A stretch of DNA of 36,743 bases from Octopus bimaculoides (Eukaryota). The notes beneath the pieces were generated by a model that saw only the letters and a list, made by a program, of their open reading frames with translations, had not been told where the DNA came from and searched no databases. This document shows, in pieces, positions 21,187-32,604 of this stretch (the first letter of the stretch is position 1; each line of letters starts with the position of its first letter). The translations under genes were made by a program, and so were the position numbers. Where the stretch lies: the NCBI RefSeq assembly GCF_001194135.2, contig NC_068981.1, forward strand, positions 69,316,214-69,352,956, in the 5' to 3' direction.

Positions 21187-21560
21187 CCTTTCTACTATCG
21201 GCACAGGGACTGAAATTTGGTGGAGGTGGACAATCGATTAGATTTACTCCAGTAGGCAACTGGTACTTAACTTATCGATTCTGAAAGAATGAGGTCGACC
21301 TCGGGGGAATTTGAGCTCAGAACGTAGCGACGGGTGAAATACCGCTGAGCATTTCGTCCAGGCACACAGCCCGAAATTTGGGGGGGGGGATTAGTTGATT
21401 AGATCGACCTCAGTACGCAACGGGTACTTAATTTATCGACTCTAAAAGGATGAAAGACAAAGTCGACCACGTTGGAATTTGAAATCAGAACGTAAAGACA
21501 GGCAAAATACCGCTAAGCATTTCGCCCGGTGTGCTAACGCTTCTGCTAGCTCGCCGCCTT
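21187..21560 (-). mobile_element. Dimeric SINE family 2 insertion flanked by a 16-bp direct repeat
   Basis: Two head-to-tail units joined at ~21360. The right unit keeps the full head (revcomp AAGGCGGCGAGCTAGCAGAAGCGTTAGCAC..GATTTCAAATTCC). AAAGTTCGTTGATAAT occurs at 21171-21186 and 21561-21576. Confidence 0.9.
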
Positions 21561-22827
21561 AAAGTTCGTTGATAATATATTTTGGGGAATACAGGAAGGG
21601 AAAAAGCAAATTTGGAATTGCAGACATTTGCATATAAATGGTGATCATATAATCCTTTGGTATAAATTATTACTACGTGCTTCTAACTCTGCTAATCCAT
21701 CACAATCTGAGTGACTAATATAATAAATAATGTACACTAGATATGCCTGCCGTTGATTGAAACAGAAGAACAGTAAACATGTTTACATTGATAACATGGA
21801 GGAAATAGAGCTACACAAGGAGACAAAAGGAACAATATTTTATATAGAAGAGAGTAAAAGTATTAGCATTATTGGTAGATATCGTATATATGGAATTTCT
21901 TTACAGTGGTGTTTAAACTTCTTTGTTGCATTTTAGAATAACATGGTCTATTTTACTTTCTGAATTGTAGATACTCTGCATTTTCTGCTACATAGTTTAG
22001 ATCCTAGAATAAAATCACGCCATTTAAAAGACATTACCCATGAACTCAGCATTCATAACATCAGATACACATTGCTATCATTTAAACGTATATTACGATT
22101 AAACACCATGATTTTAGTTTAACCTACTGTCCTTTCACTAAATACTTTAAATTTAAAAAAAAATTGCACAAGAGATTCTCCCATATCAAAAATCAAGCAG
22201 AAATCATGTCTACCACTTTGAAAAATTAATTATTATTAATACAAAATTTCTATGCACAAAGTTCTAGCATTTGTATTTGAATTAGACTATCGCTATTATT
22301 GAATGTCTAATTATATCCTTCCAGCTCAATTTGTCCTATAGAAAGAGTGAAATTATATTAAACACTGGAAAATCTATGCAAAAACTCGAGAGCAACGCCA
22401 GCGATATTGTTGGATTGTAACTTCAATACCCAAACTTCATTAACAAGAACATTGTTATCTAGAATTTATGTTCCCTTTATTAATAATGAAGTTATTCTTA
22501 AAGTTGTCAACTTTGTAGTTTTAACAATTTCTATGGACAATTTTGAACAATTACATTAATAACTCTGTAATTGAGATTCAATATATTTATAAATTTGACA
22601 TTGAAAACCACAGTGTTATGAAGGATCTATCTTAAATTTTACTTTTAGATTATTAATCAGTCTGATTATTCTTTTAAAGAAAAAAAAATAGTATTAATGA
22701 TACATCCGCGTCTTAAAAAGAAATAGTCATCAGGAGCAGGTAGGATGAAGATTTAAATGATAACAATAGAAAAAACAATAAGACTTATTAATGGACCGCA
22801 TATCTTGGTACAATATAGCATGGAATT

Positions 22828-22830
<3 letters not shown>

Positions 22831-22906
<76 letters not shown>
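22831..22906. repeat. (CA)n microsatellite
   Basis: Pure AC run of about 38 units. Confidence 0.97.
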
Positions 22907-22912
<6 letters not shown>

Positions 22913-23159
22913 ACACTCACTCACTCACAAAGCCACAAATTATCATTTTGTTTTTCAATGTCATATCAAATATTTCCTCCCAAGTTATAAATACGAAGCA
23001 ACTAAAAAAAAACTATTTAAAATGCATTCCCACAACAGTAATGACGTCTCTCTTAATCATGTGAAAAGTGCTCTCTTGTAGCAAAACAATTAGATAATAA
23101 TTGTATATGCACCATCAACTTACCATCTGAAGAAAACTTCGTGACTAAAGAATTACTCA

Positions 23160-23432
23160 GTTAGACATCATAAAATTCAGCAACAACTTGACCTCGATTA
23201 CATAGAGTTTTCAATCATTGATTCATTTATGAAATTTATAGACAAACTCATTTAGAAACTGGATTAGAATTAGAAAAAATCGTTCACGGATATAGACCCT
23301 GATGATGGCAATTAATATGAAACAACGTGGATTTTCATGCAAAATGGCAATGATGTTAGAGTGAAAACCACTCACACGTGGATGCAGAACGAGTACTGAT
23401 CTCACTTAAACACTTGGCAACATGAGCTAAAA
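23160..23432 (+). mobile_element. Heavily decayed Hero-like non-LTR RT fragment, homologous to part of 27650-28840
   Basis: 23361-23432 aligns closely with 28000-28063 (ACCACTCAC..ACGAGTACTGATCTCA..AAACAC(T/A)TGGCAACATGAGCTAAAA). Upstream there are weak remnants of WxRLEK-IVxG. The 5' boundary is uncertain. Confidence 0.6.
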
Positions 23433-24709
23433 ACCTTGCACTAACAATACAGTGGCTTGCCCACTACGCATATTAAGTTCTGTAGACTGAATAAAAGCAA
23501 AGCGTGTTTAAAAATTTAATGCTGAAACTTTTATACTTTCTAAGAGCAAGAATTTATTTAAACCCCACATTTCCTTATTTAATGTATTAGTTTATTTGAA
23601 CTAGTGTTTGATGTTATTATATTATATTGTTTTCCTCCTGATATAAAACAGTTTCAACATGATATCCATTGTAGTTAATGTCAAGTTCATATTTATCTTA
23701 AAAAGCTTTGCTATCTTAATCTTTATAGCTTTCGTAATTTGAAATAATATTTCAAGAATAAAATAAATTCTCGAATTGGATTAGATTTGATTAAATGTTT
23801 TAATACATTCATTTCATTGCTTAAACAATTTTCGAAACTCCAGTTATTATATTTATCTGGATTAAACTATTAGTTTATTAGGTTTCTTTAAGTCTAGTAT
23901 TACGTTATTTAAGTTCATCACAACTTGCTGCTTAAGTATCTGTACGTCCAACGATTATGTATTTGTATAGGCCAGAATTGTTTCGAATTTTAATAAAATT
24001 TTATACAATGTTTCATACTATGGTATTTGGATTCAATTTAAAATGTCCTAACAATATTTAATGTTTTCACATTTATCCTAATGAATTCATTTTCACATAG
24101 TCTCTTGAAATTTAATGCCATACTATAAACATTTACCGTTTTCTACACCGTAGCTGCTACAAATTCCGTTCGATATATTTTTATCTAGACTCCAGTATTG
24201 TAAAAATTTTCTATTTTACAACACTTCTTCATATCTTACACATTAACGGGTACCTTAATTCCGACTTATATATTACGACTTATTTCCACATATTTTAGTT
24301 GGTATGTTTTACTGATGTAAAACAACTCAAAATACAACATTTAATGCGGACATCACGGAAAGCCGAATTAACGGCTAATTGCAACATCAACGATTATTTT
24401 TTTTTAAATCACTGTTTCTTTTATATCAGTAACTGCAGATTTTGTTTTAGCGTGCGATGATCAGTTGACCCACGGAGTCAAATGAAGCAGTTAGCAAATA
24501 CACTTCATCGGCTGGAATATTATCTAATGCTACTGATGTATATGTGTATTTCTAATACCGACGCCTATGAGAGGTATTGTCTCACAAAGAATGTTTCAGT
24601 TAGCTCTGTTTTCCCTGAAATATCTGGATTATGGAAGGTGCACTCGTGCAAACAAATACTTCTTCTTTTGCACATGACGGATTTCTCTCCCTCCCATTTC
24701 TCCCCTTCT

Positions 24710-24830
24710 CTCTCCCCGCTAGATGGAACGCAGGAAGGTTAAATATTTCCTCAGCTGAGTGGACTTAAATAGCGTGAGAGTAAGTGTTTCGCTCATGAAC
24801 AGAACTGACCACCTGGTCCAGGTATCAAGT
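24710..24830 (-). mobile_element. Diverged fragment of a third SINE-like family
   Basis: CAGCTGAGTGGACT..AGCGTGAGAGTAAGTGTTTCGCTCATGAACAGAAC resembles the reverse complement of a CORE-like TTGAGCAAGACACTT..CAGTCCACTCAGCTG segment I recall from octopus repeats. There is no second copy in the window. Confidence 0.45.
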
Positions 24831-24916
24831 TAGCTTACTATCATGAATCTAATACTCTAACAACTAAGGTGTGCGTCTTCACATATCTAGATATCATCTG
24901 TTTTTTACTTTCATCG

Positions 24917-24950
24917 TTTACTTTTTTCAGTCATTTGACAGCAGCAATAT
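24917..24950 (-). mobile_element. Extreme 3' stub of SINE family 1
   Basis: TTTACTTTTTTCAGTCATTTGACAGCAGCAAT matches the family 1 terminus at 15296-15328. Confidence 0.5.

Positions 24951-24955
<5 letters not shown>

Positions 24956-25026
<71 letters not shown>
24956..25026. repeat. (GT)n microsatellite
   Basis: Pure GT run. Confidence 0.97.
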
Positions 25027-25030
<4 letters not shown>

Positions 25031-27244
25031 GTATTGTTTCTATTGATAAAGTTTAGACCTATTTGTATGTTTTTGTACTTCACGTTTAGCTCTTATTCGT
25101 CCATAAACTTAGTGTTACACTATATCACTAGAATAGCTAGGTGAGCAGTACGATGGAATTTCAATTCTTGGATATTTAAACTCTCTATCCCACGTGTCTC
25201 CTCTCGTTCTGCTTATTTTGTATTTCTGTGTTATGTACCGTTATCTGTACAAACGCAGACAAAAACTGTGGGTTGAACGAAAATATCTTTAGAAATGTCT
25301 CGAATTCTTGCGATAAAATTACATTGGCTAAACGTATTATCGAATTAAAAGCGCTAACCTGGATACGTATTAAATCTCATGAAGAGCGTATTACATGGTG
25401 TCATTTTATGAACAGTATGACTGAATAATAGACGTGGTAGTCATGGATGGAAATATCTTTTGATTCATTTATCTGCTCGATCAAAGTTGGCTTGAAATTC
25501 AACAATAGCAGTAATATTTACTAGAAAAATAACCACCAAAACGGCAAATCCATTACTATGCTGAATTGAATTTGAAGGAGAGAGACACGTATTTAAAGGT
25601 AGAAATTGAAGATTGACACTTTGGCTTGTATAGTGTCAGGTAGGTTGGCTGGATTTTATAGAATACTGATGTTGCAGAAACCTGTCTCCTCAATGTAAAC
25701 TGTAACGCATGGTGTTTCAAAATCGATCCCACCAAGTATTATCTAATATATCTTTACAAGTCTTAATCTCTTGGCTTCTACAAATTTTATCTTACAGTTT
25801 GCTAAGAAGTTTCATATAGAATGCAACATCAATGTAAAAGATGAAAGAAAATACATCCGACACTTTCGTCTAGCAAAACGAAAAGGAGAAATATTGCGAG
25901 AGAGAAGGAAAGAATGAGAGAGAAGCACATAGAGTAAAGTATAATTTCAAGAAAGCCTCGCCACAACCATAATATCTAACATGCAATTTACAAATGCAGT
26001 GAAGTGTAGTATCTGAGACTATATAATAGCATAGAATAATGATAGTTTAAGAATGAATTCAACAGTATGTGTGTTTTATGTATCTTCACCGACCGTTTCC
26101 ATTAAATAGTTTCACACACACGTGCGTGTGCACACACATATATGCACACACACTTACACACGCACGCACACACACACATATATGTGTACATACATACATA
26201 TACATAATTGAGTCTTCAGTTGAAATCGCCGCATCACGGTCCAGTAGTCAGCTGTTTGACGATTAAACTACATACAAAGGGGACTTTGTATTCTGTTTTC
26301 GGTGTTGAAGACGTGTGTAGAACCAGACAAGTGCTTTGGAAATGTTGATAGCAGGAAGGAGAGAGAAATATTTGCTACAAAGTAAATAAACAACTGAATC
26401 TAAGCTTTTGCATTAGAGATCTCCATCACCTGGTTTATATTAATCTTTCAAGTATTACAATAGGACCTTTCGTCGTCAGCAAATGGCGCAGCTAGGTCAT
26501 AGGATTTTTCGGAGTTTATCCGCAATGGATTGGTCCTCTTTTACTTGCATTACCGCATGGACAACCCAATCTATTCACGAAGCAGTTTTTGTAATGTTAC
26601 TGGTTTAATTACCTACTGCCCGACTGCGCAACAGGTTGTATTCGGTGTTACCTTACCATTAGTACTCGAAGTCGACCTGCGAACATATATAATATGTATA
26701 TGTATATATCTATATGTGTGTACGTGCGCGTGTATCGATTCCAGCGTAGACATGGATGCGTGTATATACGTCTGCGTCTATTTATGTGTGAGCGTGTGAG
26801 TACGACCATGAATTACATCTACTAAATTGTACACGAAAATTGGATTTAATTTTTTTTTTTTTTTTACATATTTGACGGAATCTGTGTAGACCTACCCGTT
26901 TGGAATTTAAAGTGTTGCTGATATTTGGTATATATTTTCGAGCGTTTTCCCATTGAGCCCAGAATTGGGATAAGATGAGTTGTTTTGTAAAAGTTTGCAG
27001 TTTTCATGCTAAAATACTTTAACCCTAATAAGAACCAATTTTGGATAAACATGCTTGTGATGGATGATCATTCCAGTGGGAACATTGTTTCCAATATGAA
27101 AGAAACCACCCTTGAATATTGCTAGCCTAAATGCTCCTACATACAGCGTGTGTTTTTGGCTAAAAAGAACATTTATACTACGCTTTAAATAAAGTCCGGC
27201 TCTTGTGGTGTTGCGGTTAGAACGTCTCATTGAAATTGTTTTCA

Positions 27245-27432
27245 TATTAGTTTCAAATTTTGCCACAACTCCAGCAATTTCCGGGGAAGGATAGGATACT
27301 TATGTTATCGTTCAACTGGTACTTATTTAATCGTCTTTGAAACGATGAAATGCAAAGTCGACTGCGGTTTAGTTTGAAATTAAACGTAAATATAAACGAA
27401 ATGCTGTTAAGCATTTTCCCTGGCTTGCTGAA
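27245..27432 (-). mobile_element. SINE family 2, diverged copy
   Basis: GTTTCAAATTTTGCCACAACTCCAGCAATTT..CAACTGGTACTTATTTAATCG..GATGAAATGCAAAGTCGAC..GAAATGCTGTTAAGCATTTTCCCTGG. Confidence 0.8.
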
Positions 27433-27649
27433 CGGCTTAAATTGGTTTCATGTAGGTAGATTCCATACTCTCATTATTATATGCACCCGTACACCTTTCA
27501 TATTTTGTCCTTCTCACGTAATTTAAAATTTGCCATAGATACGAATAGATTATTTGCATAATGAACGTTTTATTACGTCCGATGGCATAAAATGAGACAA
27601 AAACCGTAAATTAATCNNNNNNNNNNATATATACAGAAATTATGGGGCA

Positions 27650-28840
27650 AGTGATCCTGGTTATCAGGGAGGTGGACAGAAGCAAAGATTGCTTAACATT
27701 GGTCTAGCTAGATATGACAAATGCATATGGTTCAATTCGTTACGCTTTCATATATGCAGCTCCCGACTACTACCATTTCCTTCCACATGTTAAAGGAATG
27801 ATTCGTATCTACTTTGGATGTATTCAAAGCAACCCTTTTCAGAACTCTGTGGCAAGAGAGGCAGAAAAGAATCATAACAGACTGAGGCATATGTGCTTTC
27901 CTTTGCATCTTAGGAATGAATCTCCGTATAATAGCTGCTAATAAAGAAGATTGAAGCAGTCGTAATTCGATAAGGGGTTTCATGTATGATCTTACTGTGA
28001 CAACCACTCACATTGGAGGCGAAACGAGTACTGATCTCAAACACATGGCAACATGAGCTAAAATGTAGCCCATTAAGCCTATGAAATCCAGGAGCGTGGT
28101 GATTAGGAGAGACACATTAGCAAAGTGCAAGGAGAGCCTATTCCAACGGTAGAGGAAAATCCAATAAAATGCCTTGAGAAGCGGTTTGACAATTCACTCT
28201 CTGACAGGATGAAGGTCACCAGCATTGGGAAGCAATCAGAAAAGTGACTGAGGAGGTGTGAAAGATCAGGACTTCTAGCAAAATACAAGTCATGGCTATA
28301 CCAATATGGACTGTTCCTAAGATTCATGTGGCTATTAACAGTCTATGAGATTCCAATAAGAAGATGGAAAAAACTAGAAACGAAGGTTAAGAAAAAATCC
28401 CAAGGTGTCTAGGTGTAGCTCTAAGCTTCACATCAATATGCCAGTATATAAGATCTTGACAGCTCCAACTTCTTCTTTCATCAGTGGAGGAGGATTTCAA
28501 TGTTGCAAAATTCAGAGTTGTGACGATGTACAGGAATACCCAGGATGAACGTGTCAGACGTGCAGGTATCACAACAAGATTCGAGCGAAAGTGAGTGGCC
28601 ATGACAAGACTCACACAGTCTGAGAGCACACGGAAGCTCCGCGAGATCATTGGAATTACTTTCAGAGGATTGCAATGTCTCTGTTTCAATTTCCAACGAT
28701 AGAAGAGGTATATAAAGGAAAGAAGGGTCATAATCCAGGCAGGAGTACAGAACCAGGAGGAAGAAAAAAGACGGTCAAGTGCAGTGAACTTGGTATCCCA
28801 AGGAGCATGGCTTTAATGGGATCTCCCTAAAAGGAAGGTC
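27650..28840 (+). mobile_element. Decayed Hero-like (RLE-type) non-LTR retrotransposon, RT domain and downstream region
   Basis: Hand translation across frameshifts gives LTLV*LDMTNAYGSI (WLDLxNAYGS), LGMNL, RGFMYDLTVTTTH (FMDDLT), KPMKSRSVVI, ENPIKCL, SGLLAKYKSWLYQYGL, SFTSI..QLQL.LSSVEEDFNVAK, RRAGITTR and SQGAWL*WDLPKRKV. It is truncated before the zinc knuckle and RLE. The Hero assignment is from remembered consensus. Confidence 0.88.
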
Positions 28841-30157
28841 TTTTTAATTTTTCCTTTAATCGCACAGGATAAGTATTTTCTTTATATATTTGTTACATTA
28901 AATGACTTTTATAAAATATTACTGGCTTCGATGTGTACGTCCCTCTTAGCAAATATTAAGAATTCGGAATTAAGAAATAGAAAATGAATGTAGAATCTAA
29001 AGCATCTTGCTCTTAACTACGCACAGGTCTTAAGTGCTGTGATCGGTTCATTAGACTAAAAGTTCTTGAAGGCGGTGACCCTGAAACAAGTAGAACATAA
29101 CACATAAAAGTTGCATGTCATCTTGGATAAATGGAAGTCTATATAGCCTCGGCTCTGCTCATACCTTTTGTATAAATGTGGTTACAAGCGAAGTGTAACG
29201 GTGGATGGATGAAATTGCATTTCAAATAACACACTTGCCACACGTTATGTTACACTGACTCTGTTGTAAGGGTCTTTAACAGCATTGAAACAGGTACATA
29301 TTAATTTCAGGAGCTGGTGCTTGAGTCGTCTGAAAACTGAATCTCATCGTCGTAATTGAAATAGAGCCATTCGTGCTCAGTCACATATCCACGCATACAC
29401 AAACAAACGCAAATATACACACATATAAATATATGCACCTACACAAACACTTACACAAACATAGATATATAACGATGGCAGAATTTCGAGAATATAAACC
29501 TATGGTTAGTAAAACATTCGTTAGATGTTCGCTTTCAGTCGCTATTCATGCGTTGTTTGCTTACTTTTATTCTGCAGAATCACATTTGCCTCAATGAATA
29601 TAGAATTGATTGCTTGCGTGGATTGATTTGTGGGTCATTGCATTGTGTTTTTCAACATGTTCTGTATGCAATTTTGTGCCTCTTTTACTGACATTTTGAT
29701 GGTGTCCTCTACAGTTACTCGTCATCTATAAAGAATTAACCGTGTTAAACTTTTTTCGTATACGCTTCACGACATTCGAAGGACAACCTTGTTTAGAGAT
29801 GCCATTCAGTGATGAAATATTGTACCGTAAACACAAACAAAATGTTCATTATTCTGTAACAACAGGGAGGGATAACAATAATAATCACGACCGCTCTATT
29901 AGATCATACACATTTTAAAATGGAATGGTATAAATTACTTCTCATATCTAATTATTCGCAAAAAGATTAACACGCACACATGCACACGCACACACACACA
30001 CACAGAGATGCACCGATAACAGATATAAATTTGAGTCAATATTTATCTCTAATGACATTATAAGGTTTTCATGGGCGCAGTGCAGTAGTTGTGTGTGCAC
30101 AACTAGATGTGTCCTCTAGCTGAAATGTTAATTAAGTTGTTTCTAGCATGTTAACTA

Positions 30158-30417
30158 AGGCGGCTTTCCTTTCAATTTGCTCTAAAGAACTTCACAATAC
30201 AATGTTCTGGTTTCTGTACGGTGAAAAGCGGAAATCCATCGTGTCATTTTCAAAAGAAATATTGAACAGTATATGTATCTCTTTTCTTCACAACAGACTT
30301 TCTACGAATAGATTGTAAAATTCAAAACACTCGCAAAATTTCGAGCATCATCAAGCAGCTCGGACGTTCTGGATGACTAGCTTTGTTGATAATATTCAAC
30401 TTGCCTGAGACGCGATT
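30158..30417 (+). mobile_element. Decayed mariner transposase N-terminal (HTH) fragment
   Basis: Across frameshifts it reads ICSKE..AEIHR..FYE*IVKFK..RSG*L..DNIQLA*DAI, matching CTKEEQR..AEIHRRL..VYEWIEKFK..RSGRP..DNIE. Confidence 0.55.
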
Positions 30418-32570
30418 CATGTGTTGAAACATCCCGTAAGAAACGTAGAAATAGAAAAATATGATCATCAGTCATGATTCCTCCTACAAAATTATGGACA
30501 ACAATTTTTATGACATTTGTTACGTGATGTGCCTCATGACAAATAAAAGAGCCGCACGATCAAAATACTTTTGAAATTAAACAGTTGCCTTTATTGTGCT
30601 TAAATGGAACATAGATACGAGAATAGGAGATGGGTATTAAATACCAATGTATTGAGCTCAAATATCCACAGACAAAATTCTTCAGATATTCTTTCTAGTG
30701 ACAGATATAAACCAGAAACATTACAGAACATTATCAGGAGAATTACGCTACAGTAAACAATGTTTGTTATAGCGAGTGTTTACGCGACCAGAGAAGAGCT
30801 AAAATTAAAAGCAAACGAGCACAGCAGTCGAAATCCGTTATATAGCAGCGTGAAAGTACATGCTACGTTTCCGCAACTCACATTGCTTAATTCTTGCGGA
30901 AAAGGAAATTCGATTTGTTGAAGCATTGGTTTTCGTTGTAATACTTACTTTACTCCCTTTTATAATTACTTTTTTTGCAAAAGGAATTAAGAAGTGAAAA
31001 ACATTTGGTGCAACAGTGGCACAATCAGCCAAAATACTTTGATCTTTCTGCAGGCACGAAAGGCTTGTTTGAAAATTCATAACATTTGCTAAAAAGGTAA
31101 GTGAATAAATTGCAAATGAGGAACAGATATGATCCATAATATTTTTCTTAAAAACTTAGAAACGTATCAAAATGAAAAAGACAAATGTCTGAAAATCTCT
31201 AATCTGGTGCTCAAAGTTATCAAAATGACTTACGTTGGCATAAAAAGAAAATATGTTAGTGTTTGAATTCTAAGACTTCCTTTAGTATTCAGTGGCTAAT
31301 CTGAAGATTGGCATTTAAACAATTGCAAAAGCAGCCCCAGCAAGAAAACTCTTAAGAGCACAATAGATACACAAACATGTGTATGTATAGATGCACAAAA
31401 GTTTTGACACATTTAAGGCGTCATGATATCAAAGCTATAACTATGTTAAGGATATTGAGAAATTGTGTTTAACGACTTGTGTGTAGAATTCGAGAGACAA
31501 TATTCCTTTAAGCATGGCCTAAACATTCATAAGAAAGCAGAAGATTGATGTCATCTATGTGACCTTTATTGTAAACTGACTAAGGAGAGACATTTCTTTT
31601 CACCGGGATTCTCATTATAGAATAGTGTGTAGTTAAGCAGACTAGGAAATGTTTCAAATATTGTATTAATTTCATCACACAAAAATGTGAGGATGGGTAT
31701 ATCAACGACATCTCTAGTGCGAAAGGCAGAGACGTAGAAGTAGTTGAGCACTCAGTGTTCCACCTCGTACGTATTTGAAATGTATAGTAGGACCATCATA
31801 CATACATCACGTGTACACCTAGATTCTGTTTGTCAGTTTATAATTGTCTAGAGGGCAAATGCTTTTCTTGACACCTACATTTGAGGTCCGTTGAAACATA
31901 TTGGAAATCTCGTATGGAATTTCGGCAGATGTGGACAAAGCAAGTTTTTCTGGTCATCAGTAAAGAATCCCAAAATTTCAAAATCATGAATTCAGTGACG
32001 AAAATAAATGAGCCATTTGAACACGGAAACCTCTTATATTTAGAACAGAATATGATTATCGAGGCGCCTGATCAAATCCAGTTAACCCTTTGCAGCTGAA
32101 TGTAATGATTAGTTACCAGATATAATCGTATCCTTGATGTTACATTTGTAGAAGACGACCAATAACGTTTCTAGACATGAACCTTATGACGACCTCACAC
32201 TCACTGAAAAGAGGTTCTTTTAATAAAGTGTTACTACAGGTATGCAATTCATGTGTGTGCATCTTCATTCAAACACTCTACTGTCATTGTACTATAGATG
32301 ATTAGGAGCATTTGCAATAAAAGTTCCAATATCTCATAGCACTTCGCTATATAAAGCTCTTTTTCTGGTTCTCTTATTTGTTGAGATCAATTTATTCCTA
32401 AATTCAATATATCAACTCTTTTGTACCGAACGCAACTAAATATTAAAGCTTGTCATTCGAAAGGAACTTTTTCTGCATTGATTTAAGTGAATTTCATCTT
32501 CCACTATAATATTTGTTTATTGAGATTCAGCGCTACTTACGAACTATAATAAGAAAAATATATTGATATA

Positions 32571-32604
32571 CATACATACATACATACATACATACATACA
32601 TACA
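32571..32604. repeat. (CATA)n microsatellite
   Basis: Tetranucleotide run. Confidence 0.95.

Noticed and set aside
2491-21560. tRNA-like A/B boxes as tRNA genes
   Set aside because: No cloverleaf forms, and each is fused to a repeated SINE body.
2258-23322. Hammerhead-like cores: CCGATGA..GAAA (2258-2278), CTGAAGA-TTCA-GAAA (3001-3015), CTGATGA..GAAA (23299-23322)
   Set aside because: PLEs often carry hammerheads, so I checked each. None has workable stems I, II and III. The first has a mutated core, and the third lies inside Hero RT homology.
26860-27240. Sequence that looks like a dispersed repeat (TTTTGGATAAACATGCTTGTGATGG..)
   Set aside because: There is no second copy, TIR, TSD or coding motif in the window, so I cannot support a classification.
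19382-30417. Many conserved Trp codons appear as TAG/TGA (about 4 of 8 in the mariner, 5 of 12 in the Hero copy), which A-to-I editing could in principle reverse
   Set aside because: G-to-A transitions in TGG always give stops and are expected under AT-biased decay. The same copies also have frameshifts, deletions and mutated catalytic residues, so editing could not restore a protein.
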